DNA of 64,000 nucleotides from a phage: sequence record OZ336096.1; one strand, 5' to 3'. Shown piece by piece: positions 38,072 to 46,924 of this stretch (position 1 is its first letter; each line of letters starts with the position of its first letter). The notes under the pieces were generated by a model. It saw only the letters and a program-made list of their open reading frames with translations, ran no database searches and was not told where the DNA came from. The position numbers and the translations under genes were made by a program.

Positions 38072-38620
38072 ATGAAGAAATTGATTCTAGGTTTGTGCTT
38101 AATGTTTACAGCACACTTATCTTATGCAGTTGACTGCCCAGAGCTATCAATTAGCCAAAAAGTAAACATGTTAAAAGCTTACCAGTATGGTGAGAACAAC
38201 ATGGGTAAAGGTTGGGGTATCACTCTAGCTGCTATAGCCTTACAAGAGTCAGAGTTAGGTCTGAAGGTAGAGAATAAAAAGACACATGATTATGGTATTT
38301 TCCAGAATCACTTGAAGACTGTTGTAAAGCGTAACAAAATTAGTCCTAATGTGGCTAAAAAGAAACTCTTAAAAGACTTTAACTATGCTGCGAAGGAAAC
38401 TCACAAAGAGCTTGAGTTTTGGACAAAGGTGCATGGTCAGCCAAAGTCAAAGAAGACTTTACAAAAAGTTTTAGCATCATATAATGCTGGGTATTCGTAC
38501 AAAATCCCTAAAGCTAAGAAATATTCTCAAGATGTCTATAACAACATGAAAGTCATTGCTCAATGTGAATTTGCAACAAACATTTCTAAGGTAAACCATG
38601 AAAAAATTAAAAAAGTCTGA
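38072..38620 (+). CDS. secreted lytic transglycosylase (SLT domain) protein
   Basis: Signal peptide MKKLILGLCLMFTAHLSYA; SLT motifs AIALQESELG, DYGIFQNH, ASYNAGYS. Confidence 0.6.
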   Translation: MKKLILGLCLMFTAHLSYAVDCPELSISQKVNMLKAYQYGENNMGKGWGITLAAIALQESELGLKVENKKTHDYGIFQNHLKTVVKRNKISPNVAKKKLLKDFNYAAKETHKELEFWTKVHGQPKSKKTLQKVLASYNAGYSYKIPKAKKYSQDVYNNMKVIAQCEFATNISKVNHEKIKKV

Positions 38621-39293
38621 TGAAGTACTGTGTCATGCTTACGACTTACATCCTCATGAGTTAGGTCTTGATTCCTGTGTATGGACTCCAGAACAGTGTA
38701 GGGATTTTGAAGACACTGCAAGAGAAGTTGTATGTTCACTCGAAGAGTTCCACACATCAGAGCCAATTGTGAATGTTGTAGATAAAGAGACTGGACAAAC
38801 TATAGGTGTAAGTCGTGATAGCTTAGTCATAGTCAATAAAGACCTTGTAGAAAAAGGTAACCTCATCTTAGCAGATATTGATGGTGTTCTTACAAATTTT
38901 AATCACGAAGATTGCTCAACGGAATTGACTGATGGGTCATTCTCACAGTACACTAATCTTCTTGACTCTGTAAGAGCAAAACCAACGTATGTCTTTAGTA
39001 TTATTGATGCAATTGCTAATCATGCTGCTGTTGGACTCTTGACAGCGAGAGGTGAATCTCAGAGAATACCTACTGAGATGTTTTTAAGGCATAACACAGA
39101 GCATGGCTACATGCTTTTTATGCGTGGTTTTGGGACTAACTCTATAAGTGCAGAAAGTTTGAAAGTGAGGATGATTCAGTCTTGCATTCTGCCTTACTTT
39201 AATATAGTATGTTTTATAGAAGACACAGAGAAGAATGTGCAGAAGGTGAACAGAATCCTTCCACACATCAAAACCATGTTAGTTAAACATTGA
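38598..39293 (+). CDS. hypothetical protein, possible HAD-like hydrolase
   Basis: 231 aa; LILADIDGVLTNF resembles HAD motif I. Confidence 0.35.
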   Translation: MKKLKKSDEVLCHAYDLHPHELGLDSCVWTPEQCRDFEDTAREVVCSLEEFHTSEPIVNVVDKETGQTIGVSRDSLVIVNKDLVEKGNLILADIDGVLTNFNHEDCSTELTDGSFSQYTNLLDSVRAKPTYVFSIIDAIANHAAVGLLTARGESQRIPTEMFLRHNTEHGYMLFMRGFGTNSISAESLKVRMIQSCILPYFNIVCFIEDTEKNVQKVNRILPHIKTMLVKH

Positions 39294-39303
39294 GAGAAAA
39301 CTT

Positions 39304-39768
39304 ATGAACAATATCATTACGGTAGCACTGGACGTTACGGCAAACAAATCTGAAGTAGTTCGTAACATTATCAAGAGCAACTTTGAGGGTAAAATTTTCC
39401 GTGCTGTCAACGTAAAAGCAGACGGTAACATCCGAGAGTATCGTGCTCTTTTGAATGTTAAGAAACACGTAAAAGGTTCTGGCTCAACTACAGCACACAA
39501 AGAAAACCTGATGACTATCTATGATATGGGTATGGCTTCAGAATTAGGTGCTGAAGGTATCGTTAAAGAAGGTGCTCCGTATCGCTCTTTCAATCTGGAA
39601 ACTGCTCTTATGCTTTCCTTCACAAGTGGTTCTAAAACAACTACTTACCTCTTTACTGATGCTGCAACGGTATCTGCTATCAAGGATAGCACTGTCAAAG
39701 CTGGGGTAGCTGCTGCTGCAAAAGCTTCTTCGATGGCTGCAAATGTCCTTGCTAAAGTCCTCGGTTAA
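39304..39768 (+). CDS. hypothetical protein
   Basis: 154 aa ORF followed by terminator. Confidence 0.45.
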   Translation: MNNIITVALDVTANKSEVVRNIIKSNFEGKIFRAVNVKADGNIREYRALLNVKKHVKGSGSTTAHKENLMTIYDMGMASELGAEGIVKEGAPYRSFNLETALMLSFTSGSKTTTYLFTDAATVSAIKDSTVKAGVAAAAKASSMAANVLAKVLG

Positions 39769-39788
39769 GGTTAAGATACAGGCTCCTT

Positions 39789-39812
39789 CGGGAGCCTTTT
39801 TCATTTCAGGAG
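39789..39812 (+). terminator. intrinsic terminator
   Basis: GGCTCCTTCGGGAGCC hairpin followed by TTTTT. Confidence 0.55.
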
Positions 39813-39820
39813 ATTGTTAA

Positions 39821-40168
39821 ATGACATTTAAAGAGTTCTGCCAAGCTACTTTCATAATTGTTTTCTTAGTTGGAGCAGGTGTCTGGGGAGGATACTCTTA
39901 CAGAGACTACCAAGTTGCTGAAGCTGAGCTAAATAATGAGAAACTAATAAGTGTTGCTAAAGATGCTTATCAGGAAGGTTTAGCCACACTCAGCACCAAT
40001 TACAAAAATGATTTGAAAGACGTGCTTGCTAAGAATAAGCACACAAAAGAGGTACTAACATATGAAAAGACTAAGCCAGAGTTTTATAATGTTTGTGTTA
40101 CTGATAATTATGTCAGGGTGTTCAACGAACAAAGTGAACAGTACATTCAAAAACTCCCAAGTAAGTGA
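39821..40168 (+). CDS. putative i-spanin (Rz-like)
   Basis: 115 aa; N-terminal TM helix FIIVFLVGAGVWGG then charged coiled-coil-like region. Confidence 0.4.
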   Translation: MTFKEFCQATFIIVFLVGAGVWGGYSYRDYQVAEAELNNEKLISVAKDAYQEGLATLSTNYKNDLKDVLAKNKHTKEVLTYEKTKPEFYNVCVTDNYVRVFNEQSEQYIQKLPSK

Positions 40169-40331
40169 GAGTGACAAGTACACTCAAGAAGAGTCAAGAT
40201 TCACTGTCAAAGGTAATACTGGTAGTGATGTGGCAGCAGCCCTTGAGTTTTATCGTGATGGTTTTTACCAGTGCACAATCAAAGCTAATAACCTTATTGA
40301 CATGATTTTATTAGGGAACAAACAGCAATGA
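40062..40331 (+). CDS. putative o-spanin lipoprotein (Rz1-like), overlapping the i-spanin 3' end in another frame
   Basis: 89 aa; signal peptide with lipobox IMSGC; start embedded in the upstream gene. Confidence 0.4.
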   Translation: MKRLSQSFIMFVLLIIMSGCSTNKVNSTFKNSQVSESDKYTQEESRFTVKGNTGSDVAAALEFYRDGFYQCTIKANNLIDMILLGNKQQ

Positions 40332-40597
40332 CAGAGAATGAAGACACTTTCTATGTAGAAGGGTACTTACTGCTACCACGACCAAAAGAAACTTATATGC
40401 GGGTTGATTTCTCACCAACCATTATGGACAACGTGATGTGTCATATCTTTATGCAAGGTGTCACAGCACAGCTTAAGCATGTTGGTAAAGAGTGTAAAAT
40501 AAAGGTTGACACTCATCCAGAAATCAAAGAGAATCACTACACATGGTTCTTACCAGACTCTAAAGAAATCTTAGCAGTTCTTAAAACGAGGAAGTGA
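40328..40597 (+). CDS. hypothetical protein
   Basis: 89 aa ORF. Confidence 0.4.
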   Translation: MTENEDTFYVEGYLLLPRPKETYMRVDFSPTIMDNVMCHIFMQGVTAQLKHVGKECKIKVDTHPEIKENHYTWFLPDSKEILAVLKTRK

Positions 40598-40599
40598 CT

Positions 40600-40926
40600 A
40601 TGCAGATTAACGGAAGAGATTTTGTAGCCGTTTACTACGAGAAAGATAAAGAAGTTGGCGTAGCACAAGTATCTTATGGCAATGGTAAGTGGTTGTATGG
40701 GACAATCGCAGTAGTTGGAACAAGAAGTGATACAAAAACTTTTAAAGATTGTGTTGACCTTCTTGAAGAATCCATCCACAATCATTGGTGTCTGATATGG
40801 ATGACTGACAACGAAGTGATAGAACGCTTCAAAAAGATTGGTATCAACATTGATAGTATTGAGCATGTTGATTTATACGAACTAACTGAGAAGGTAAACT
40901 ATGAGAGTAATACTAGCCAGAGATAA
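40600..40926 (+). CDS. hypothetical protein
   Basis: ORF trimmed to ATG 40600. Confidence 0.4.
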   Translation: MQINGRDFVAVYYEKDKEVGVAQVSYGNGKWLYGTIAVVGTRSDTKTFKDCVDLLEESIHNHWCLIWMTDNEVIERFKKIGINIDSIEHVDLYELTEKVNYESNTSQR

Positions 40927-41134
40927 AAAGACCCGTAAGATTGTACGTTCAGCAGTATTCATAGGGAGAGATGAAGTCGTCCCGTTTGCAGGGGAAGATG
41001 TGCTAACTTATAAGAAGGGTTTAAAACGTAAATTCAGTGACCGTTTACGTGGCTTCATCTCTGAACCATTAGAAGATTTCAAAAGTCGCTGTGGCGAAGG
41101 CATCATCATTCAAGAGGCAATTATTCATGGCTGA
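40901..41134 (+). CDS. hypothetical protein
   Basis: 77 aa ORF. Confidence 0.35.
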   Translation: MRVILARDKKTRKIVRSAVFIGRDEVVPFAGEDVLTYKKGLKRKFSDRLRGFISEPLEDFKSRCGEGIIIQEAIIHG

Positions 41135-41327
41135 TTTCTGCAAAGATTGTGCTATCGAAATGTTTGGACGTGATACAGGTGACTTAAAAGGTCTTATCAC
41201 TGAAGATGACTTTAAAGCTGGTTATGCAATGCCAGTAATCTGTGAAGGTTGTGGATGTATCTGGGTAGACCACGAAGGACAACGTGTAAAACCTTCAGAA
41301 GATAAAGAATCTTGGGAGAGATGCTAA
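41127..41327 (+). CDS. small zinc-finger protein (hypothetical)
   Basis: CKDC...CEGCGC cysteine pairs; ORF trimmed to ATG 41127. Confidence 0.35.
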   Translation: MADFCKDCAIEMFGRDTGDLKGLITEDDFKAGYAMPVICEGCGCIWVDHEGQRVKPSEDKESWERC

Positions 41328-42113
41328 ATGGGTATTGTAAAAATCATCAATGGGGATATCTTCTCAGCATTTGATAAAGGTAAGTTTGATATTATTGGTC
41401 ACGGTTGCAACTGTATGAATTTAATGGGTGCAGGTATCGCTGACAAGATTTCTAAACTTTACCCAAAAGCATATGAGACCGATACAGAAGTTTATCTGTA
41501 TGCAGGTGGCATAGGCCACAAACCCTGTGAAAATTTACTAGGGAATTTCTCTGTAGCACGTTTAGAACAAGGCCGTATAGCTAATCTTTACACTCAGCTT
41601 AAGACTGGTAAAGATGCCCGATACAGTGCTTTAGAGTCATCTTTGAAACAGCTTAACAGATACTGTGAAGTCAATCAGTTGAAGAAAGTTGGGTTACCTA
41701 TGATTGGTGCAGGTATCGGTGGACTAGACCCTCAAGCCGTCACTGTTATCATTAATCAGGTGATGAAGAATGTAGATGTGTATCTGTATGTCTACGAAGG
41801 TGAGATGTACCACAAGTTACGCTCAGGTTGGAAGAACTACTGTGAACCAGAATACTTTGCAGGTGTAGTAGTGTTCACTGATGATACAGTTACCCTCTTC
41901 AGACGAAGAAAAGGCAAGATACATCAAAGTAACCCTCCGGTTGAAAAGATGTCTCTAAGTAACGCTCTAGTTACCCACCTGTCGAAGAGCAATCACAGGA
42001 TTGCAGTAACATTTGGCAGTGATGCAGATACATATATCTATGCAAGAACTGATGAGGATGTTGAGGAAATTTTCTCTTCACCGGAAGTTACCTTCTTAGA
42101 CGCAAAGAACTAA
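41328..42113 (+). CDS. macro domain (ADP-ribose binding/hydrolase) protein
   Basis: 261 aa; IINGDIFSAF..FDIIGHGCNCMNLMGAGIADKI and LPMIGAGIGGLDPQ resemble macro-domain glycine-rich loops; ~100 aa C-terminal extension of unknown type. Confidence 0.55.
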   Translation: MGIVKIINGDIFSAFDKGKFDIIGHGCNCMNLMGAGIADKISKLYPKAYETDTEVYLYAGGIGHKPCENLLGNFSVARLEQGRIANLYTQLKTGKDARYSALESSLKQLNRYCEVNQLKKVGLPMIGAGIGGLDPQAVTVIINQVMKNVDVYLYVYEGEMYHKLRSGWKNYCEPEYFAGVVVFTDDTVTLFRRRKGKIHQSNPPVEKMSLSNALVTHLSKSNHRIAVTFGSDADTYIYARTDEDVEEIFSSPEVTFLDAKN

Positions 42114-42183
42114 GAAACTTTGTAGAATATTCACAATAGACTAAGCCTTTCTTATCTGGTAAATTTTTCAGGTAAGGAGGGCT

Positions 42184-42380
42184 TTTTCATTTTAGAATTG
42201 TGCAGGTAGAGTTCTGTAGAGAAATCTGTAGAGAAAATTTTGAACTCCAAAGAGAAAATTCATTTTCAAACTGTGCAGGTAATCTCCAAAGAGCTTTTTC
42301 ATTTTCAAAACGTGCAGACCCCGCTCAGGTCGGGCAAGAAAAATCATTTTAGAATTGTGCAGGTAGGTGGGTGCAGGTGG
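42184..42380. repeat. intergenic array of four ~26 nt direct repeats (TTTTCATTTTAGAATTGTGCAGGTA and variants)
   Basis: Copies at about 42184, 42258, 42295, 42340, plus TCTGTAGAGAAA x2 and CTCCAAAGAG x2. Confidence 0.7.
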
Positions 42381-42619
42381 GAATGTCGCCATTTCTCACA
42401 AGGCTACCACATATGAAAAGAAAAGTCAACAGAAAAATTTGTAGCGGATTGAAAAATAATTCTTGATTGTAGTTCTGTTTTGTGGTAGTCGCGTGCACCC
42501 GTTTCATTACAATTTTTGCAAAAAATATTTTTAAAATTCCTATTGACTCTTTGAGTATGGTTATCTAATATTTGCATCAGACGGGCAATCAAGCCCACTT
42601 CCTAAACTGGAGAATCAAA

Positions 42620-42826
42620 ATGCTTTACAGTCGTGAATTGATGGTTACAACTAACGTTAACACAAAGGTAAAACGTTTTTATATGCAAGTGTGCGGCGCA
42701 TGGCGTAGAATATCAGAAGCTGACTATTGCAACTATGTAGAAACGGCTATTAATTCCAATTGCTACCTTACAATAAACACTAAGAAGTTTACAAGACAGA
42801 CAGCAATTTACTACTACGATAAATAA
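42620..42826 (+). CDS. hypothetical protein (first cassette gene)
   Basis: ORF 42572-42826 trimmed to ATG 42620 after GGAGAATCAAA RBS. Confidence 0.4.
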   Translation: MLYSRELMVTTNVNTKVKRFYMQVCGAWRRISEADYCNYVETAINSNCYLTINTKKFTRQTAIYYYDK

Positions 42827-42916
42827 AAAGTACTTTACAAGGGGCTTAAAAGCTGATATCTTAAGCCCCAGATAAAGAGCTTTACTAAATTAACCCTTAA
42901 ACTAGGAGATTCAAAA
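42827..42916 (+). promoter_or_regulatory. conserved cassette intergenic unit (hairpin + RBS leader)
   Basis: AAAGTACTTTACAAGGGGCTTAAAAGCTGATATCTTAAGCCCCAGATAAAGAGCTTTAC...CCTTAAACTAGGAGATTCAAAAATG; GGGGCTTAA..TTAAGCCCC hairpin. Confidence 0.6.
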
Positions 42917-43297
42917 ATGGCTTATCGTGCACCGAAATTCATCAACAAAGACAACTTCCGCAACGCACTGGAGAAGTCACTTGGTGAAAAATTTAACGGC
43001 AAATTGATTGTTGTTCACGCATTCAATTTTAAGTATGATATTAACGGGAATAAAATCAACCATTACACGGCAACCATGTTAGATGGTACGCTATCAAGTG
43101 AAAAAGCCGTACTGAATGCACTTGCAGGACGTGGTAAAAACCTGATAAGATGCGATAAGAGACGTTATCAGGGTGGCGCATATGGTTATGATGATGCTGT
43201 TTATCATCTTGAAAATATGGGCTATTCAGTGGAAAAAGCTGGAGTGTCTCAAATAATCGGCAGTGACGGCTATGTGACAATTTTCAAAATTAACTGA
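42917..43297 (+). CDS. hypothetical protein (cassette gene)
   Basis: 126 aa ORF directly after the conserved leader. Confidence 0.5.
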   Translation: MAYRAPKFINKDNFRNALEKSLGEKFNGKLIVVHAFNFKYDINGNKINHYTATMLDGTLSSEKAVLNALAGRGKNLIRCDKRRYQGGAYGYDDAVYHLENMGYSVEKAGVSQIIGSDGYVTIFKIN

Positions 43298-43387
43298 TAA
43301 AGTACTTTACAAGGGGCTTACAGTTCGATAAAGTAAGCCCCAGATAAAGAGCTTTACCACTAAATCCTAAATTGGAGAATCTGAAAA
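43298..43387 (+). promoter_or_regulatory. conserved cassette intergenic unit
   Basis: Same unit with variant hairpin GGGGCTTACAGTTCGATAAAGTAAGCCCC. Confidence 0.6.
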
Positions 43388-43645
43388 ATGGCTATTATCA
43401 AAAACGTTGTAGTTCCTGCAAAAACTCGTGATGACGCTCGCATCATGGCGAAAAAGTTAGGCGGGAAAGTTGTTGACAATGGAAAACAATCTGCTGTAAG
43501 ATGGGGAGTAAAGGCTGATAAACAACTAACCTTAAAACGCAGTTCAAACAACCTTTTTAAAGGTGTAAAATCACTCGGTAAAGTGAACGTGTTTACCAAA
43601 AAAGGCTATAAAATGCACTTATCATTAACTGGCAATTTAATCTGA
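43388..43645 (+). CDS. hypothetical protein (cassette gene)
   Basis: 85 aa ORF after conserved leader. Confidence 0.5.
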   Translation: MAIIKNVVVPAKTRDDARIMAKKLGGKVVDNGKQSAVRWGVKADKQLTLKRSSNNLFKGVKSLGKVNVFTKKGYKMHLSLTGNLI

Positions 43646-43733
43646 TAAAGTACTTTACAAGGGGCTTAAAAGCTGATATCTTAAGCCCCAGATAAAGAGC
43701 TTTACCACTTAATCCTAAACTGGAGATTCAAAA
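43646..43733 (+). promoter_or_regulatory. conserved cassette intergenic unit
   Basis: Near-identical copy of unit at 42827. Confidence 0.6.
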
Positions 43734-44030
43734 ATGAAATTATCAAATGAAGTTAGGGAAAATCTAAGCAAGTTACTCAACAAAATTGATTTTATTGAGA
43801 CCTCAAGAAATACTCATGAGGTTATGGAATGGTTACACGGCAAAATAAAAGGCCGTCGTGTGGTGATTTGCTTATGGAATAGTTGCAGGGAGTATAAAAA
43901 ACCTGTATTACAAATTAATATTTATGATAATACTTTTAAAAGCCCTGTAAAGTCGAAAAGCGATTTATTAGAATCCTATGAGATAACTGTAAGTGGCAAG
44001 GTATCACGTAAGGAGGGAACACCATGCTAA
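43734..44030 (+). CDS. hypothetical protein (cassette gene)
   Basis: 98 aa ORF. Confidence 0.5.
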   Translation: MKLSNEVRENLSKLLNKIDFIETSRNTHEVMEWLHGKIKGRRVVICLWNSCREYKKPVLQINIYDNTFKSPVKSKSDLLESYEITVSGKVSRKEGTPC

Positions 44031-44356
44031 TGACTGGCATCACCGCAATCATAGCCATTATGGCGCTATATAAGGCATATAAAGCCTATAATCTAGCAGA
44101 TGAGGCAATCACGCAGCAGGTTAGCAATAGCCTTGTAGAGAGCTTTCTAGAGCGTTTAAGCGATGAGCAAATAAAGCGGCTAGAGATGAGCTTCAGATTT
44201 CAATCAAAAACTTATCAAATCAGCGACATTTTCAAAGATGATTTTCAGCTTGTCGATGATTATAACTCTCTGATAAATGCTTTAAATATCAGTGACTTAA
44301 AAGATTATTACGCTGTAATTGTTCAAGAAATGAGCAAACGAAAACAAAAAGCTTGA
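44024..44356 (+). CDS. hypothetical protein
   Basis: 110 aa ORF overlapping previous stop; N-terminal hydrophobic stretch. Confidence 0.45.
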   Translation: MLMTGITAIIAIMALYKAYKAYNLADEAITQQVSNSLVESFLERLSDEQIKRLEMSFRFQSKTYQISDIFKDDFQLVDDYNSLINALNISDLKDYYAVIVQEMSKRKQKA

Positions 44357-44445
44357 CACTGGTTTTTATGTAGGTTAAATTACACATCAACGGGGGGCGA
44401 TAACCTCCCCACTAGATAAAAGCCCTTAAACTAGGAGATTCTAAA
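44352..44445 (+). promoter_or_regulatory. cassette unit type 2: sigma70-like promoter (TTGACA-17-TAAATT) + leader hairpin + conserved RBS
   Basis: TTGACA 44352-44357, TAAATT 44375-44380, hairpin CGGGGGGCGATAACCTCCCC, then CCTTAAACTAGGAGATTCTAAAATG. Confidence 0.55.
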
Positions 44446-44718
44446 ATGTATACTACTAACAACGGTCGCACCTTAAACGTAACCCTGCGCCACTATGTAG
44501 ACGGTGTCATGCACTTTGAAGATTTACAGGCTGAGACTCACATCTTAGATTGGCAACTAGCAGGACTCCAAAAAACTGCTACCGGATACGGTAAAAAGAT
44601 TCCAACTAGTTGGAAAGTATACTATGAAGGCCGTTTGCGCAGAATTTATCAGGATGTTTGCAGCAATAGCGCATCGACTTACATCATAGTAAAAGGTAAA
44701 AAGCTGCATTTAGTGTAA
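44446..44718 (+). CDS. hypothetical protein (cassette gene)
   Basis: 90 aa ORF. Confidence 0.5.
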   Translation: MYTTNNGRTLNVTLRHYVDGVMHFEDLQAETHILDWQLAGLQKTATGYGKKIPTSWKVYYEGRLRRIYQDVCSNSASTYIIVKGKKLHLV

Positions 44719-44804
44719 AGTACTTTACAGGGGGCTTAAAAGTTGATATCTTAAGCCCCAGATAAAGAGCTTTACCACTAAATCCTAAATTGGAGAACTT
44801 AAAA
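44719..44804 (+). promoter_or_regulatory. conserved cassette intergenic unit
   Basis: Copy of the GGGGCTTAAAAG..TTAAGCCCC unit. Confidence 0.6.
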
Positions 44805-45209
44805 ATGGCTATTAATAACCGTGAATTATCAATCTTAAAAGCACGTTTGACAGTTAACCGGATTAATGTTATTACTTCATCCGCAGATGATGAGACATTG
44901 TGCAACATCATCGGGAAGATTCAAAGTGCTATCTTAGACGTTGAAAGCGTAAAAAACTCATTATCTGACGTTGCAGCAGGTATCATGCTAGACGGTGCAC
45001 AATATGAGATGTCAGACATGTTGGGCAAGTCAAAGGTAATTAATAAGGAGCTTGATTTGAAAATGTTTCGCTTTGCCGTGAAAGTGTGGTTATCCGTCGA
45101 GTATGGTGCTAACTTTGCAATCGCTGATTTTTTTGCAACATGGTTACAACGTAATTTGACAAATCACGATTTTCGTGATATCTGCGACGTAATTTACGCA
45201 GAACTCTAA
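44805..45209 (+). CDS. hypothetical protein (cassette gene)
   Basis: ORF trimmed to ATG 44805 (MAINNREL) after conserved RBS. Confidence 0.5.
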   Translation: MAINNRELSILKARLTVNRINVITSSADDETLCNIIGKIQSAILDVESVKNSLSDVAAGIMLDGAQYEMSDMLGKSKVINKELDLKMFRFAVKVWLSVEYGANFAIADFFATWLQRNLTNHDFRDICDVIYAEL

Positions 45210-45216
45210 AAAACTG

Positions 45217-45308
45217 TTGACACTGGTTTTTAGATAGATTAAATTACACGTCAACGGGGGGCAATAACTTCCCAACTAAATAAAACCCTTAAACTAGGAG
45301 ATTCAAAA
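45217..45308 (+). promoter_or_regulatory. cassette unit type 2: promoter (TTGACA-17-TAAATT) + leader hairpin + RBS
   Basis: TTGACA 45217-45222, TAAATT 45240-45245, GGGGGGCAATAACTTCCC hairpin. Confidence 0.55.
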
Positions 45309-45512
45309 ATGGCTATTATTAACGGCTTAAACATCGAAACAACACACATCAAAGATATTAAAGTTGGCGATATAGTTCTTTTTCACGGCGTAGAAAAAAC
45401 CGTCACGGCGAAAGATATCAAAGAGGATTCTTTCATGGGTAGGACTCTTTTCGGTGATTCTTATTGCTTAGGTTACCTTGCAGTTTTAAAAGTTGTCAAA
45501 AATAACAAATAA
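45309..45512 (+). CDS. hypothetical protein (cassette gene)
   Basis: 67 aa ORF. Confidence 0.45.
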   Translation: MAIINGLNIETTHIKDIKVGDIVLFHGVEKTVTAKDIKEDSFMGRTLFGDSYCLGYLAVLKVVKNNK

Positions 45513-45597
45513 AGTACTTTACAGGGGGCTTAAAAGTTGATATCTTAAGCCCCAGATAAAGAGCTTTACCACTAAATCCTAAATTGGAGATTCAAAA
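45513..45597 (+). promoter_or_regulatory. conserved cassette intergenic unit
   Basis: Copy of the GGGGCTTAAAAGTTGATATCTTAAGCCCC unit. Confidence 0.6.
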
Positions 45598-46140
45598 ATG
45601 AAATGCTTTCACGGTACTACTCAAGAAAATTTCCTCAACCTGATTAATAACGGTGATAAACCATCAGGCGCATGGAATTGTTCTGACATGGACGGCAATT
45701 TTTACGTGTATCCAGAAAATAAAATCTATGGCGACAATGAGGAAGAGGTAATATCTGAAGGTATCCAGCAGGCTCTAGGAAATGCCACTATCACCGCAGC
45801 TTTCCAGATGAAAACCCAAAATATTGTCATCTTAGAACTCGATATTCCAGAGGATGAGCTAAATGATGATTATTCTTGTGATAATATGTCTGGCGTAGCA
45901 AGTTTTACAGAATATTTCGATTTAAATTGGATTAAAAAGGTTTACATCACTGAATTTAATGCTATGTTTTCGCCTTTTTGTCTTCCTTCACTGGATAACC
46001 CAAATTTAAACTATCTTGATGAGTCTCTGGAACTTCTTGCTAAAAGTGTTCAACAGTCCGACAGTATTCAGGTTTTTTGTGACATCATGGACACACTAAC
46101 AGGAAACATTGCAGAAGAGGATTTAAAGAGCTTTTTCTAA
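45598..46140 (+). CDS. hypothetical protein (cassette gene)
   Basis: 180 aa ORF; terminator hairpin AGCCCCTTACAGGGGCT at ~46172. Confidence 0.5.
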   Translation: MKCFHGTTQENFLNLINNGDKPSGAWNCSDMDGNFYVYPENKIYGDNEEEVISEGIQQALGNATITAAFQMKTQNIVILELDIPEDELNDDYSCDNMSGVASFTEYFDLNWIKKVYITEFNAMFSPFCLPSLDNPNLNYLDESLELLAKSVQQSDSIQVFCDIMDTLTGNIAEEDLKSFF

Positions 46141-46206
46141 AAACCTATGCAATCACCTTATAAACACTATTTAGCCCCTTACAGGGGCTTTTGGGAGGCT
46201 TAAATC

Positions 46207-46440
46207 ATGCTTACAACCATTTACCTCATCCTTTCTATTTGTAATGGCCATTCATGCGACTTTAAAGGGCTTGAAGAGTTTACAGGAAGTAAAGAAAATA
46301 CTGTTCAGGTCTGTCAGATAGCAAGACAAGACTACCCCGCCAGTGATGACATACAATGCTACTTTAAGACAGAAGATAGCGACGGCATTTATTTTGACAG
46401 TGTAGACGGTCAATATGAAATTATCATTGAAAAAGACTAG
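46207..46440 (+). CDS. hypothetical protein
   Basis: 77 aa ORF. Confidence 0.4.
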   Translation: MLTTIYLILSICNGHSCDFKGLEEFTGSKENTVQVCQIARQDYPASDDIQCYFKTEDSDGIYFDSVDGQYEIIIEKD

Positions 46441-46531
46441 ACAAGCCTGATAAAAGTCTGTAAATTGTCAATCAACGGGGAGGGAATGACCTTCCCCACT
46501 AAGTAAAATCCTTAAACTAGGAGATTCAAAA
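46441..46531 (+). promoter_or_regulatory. cassette unit type 2 (GGGGAGGGAATGACCTTCCCC hairpin + conserved RBS)
   Basis: CTGTAAATTGTCAATCAACGGGGAGGGAATGACCTTCCCCACTAAGTAAAATCCTTAAACTAGGAGATTCAAAAATG. Confidence 0.55.
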
Positions 46532-46873
46532 ATGGCCCACGTAACTGTAATTACCAATAAACCGGATTCATCTTGGTCAACTCAAGTAAGTGACAAGATG
46601 ACACCTATGCAGTGCCTAAAATACTTCGAGCAATGGAATAAAGGCGAGGATATCAGCCCCTTTCAAGTGATGCAGATTATACATGTGGACAATGAAGGCA
46701 ATAAAACGGTTTTAAATAGTGAGCACTATGCAACCCGATTTGAAACGAGATGTAAAGCAATGAAGCTTCTACGTGAATCCGGTTACTCCCATATCGCCGC
46801 ACTAATCTGGGATGACCTGCTAAAAAACCAACGTATCAGCTATGTAAAACCTGAAAAAATATTCATCAGTTAA
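46532..46873 (+). CDS. hypothetical protein (cassette gene)
   Basis: 113 aa ORF. Confidence 0.5.
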   Translation: MAHVTVITNKPDSSWSTQVSDKMTPMQCLKYFEQWNKGEDISPFQVMQIIHVDNEGNKTVLNSEHYATRFETRCKAMKLLRESGYSHIAALIWDDLLKNQRISYVKPEKIFIS

Positions 46874-46895
46874 TCAATAACTTACAAAAAACTTT

Positions 46896-46924
46896 TAAAA
46901 AAGTGTTGACAACGCCCCTTGACA
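46896..46924 (+). promoter_or_regulatory. sigma70-like promoter
   Basis: TTGACA - 17 nt - TAATGT; second candidate TTGCAA-17-TAAATT at 47003-47031. Confidence 0.45.

Noticed and set aside
42192-42598. Minus-strand ORFs 42192-42392 and 42404-42598 in the repeat-rich gap
   Set aside because: They coincide with the direct-repeat array and an AT-rich leader; there is no RBS and the strand is opposite to all neighbouring genes.
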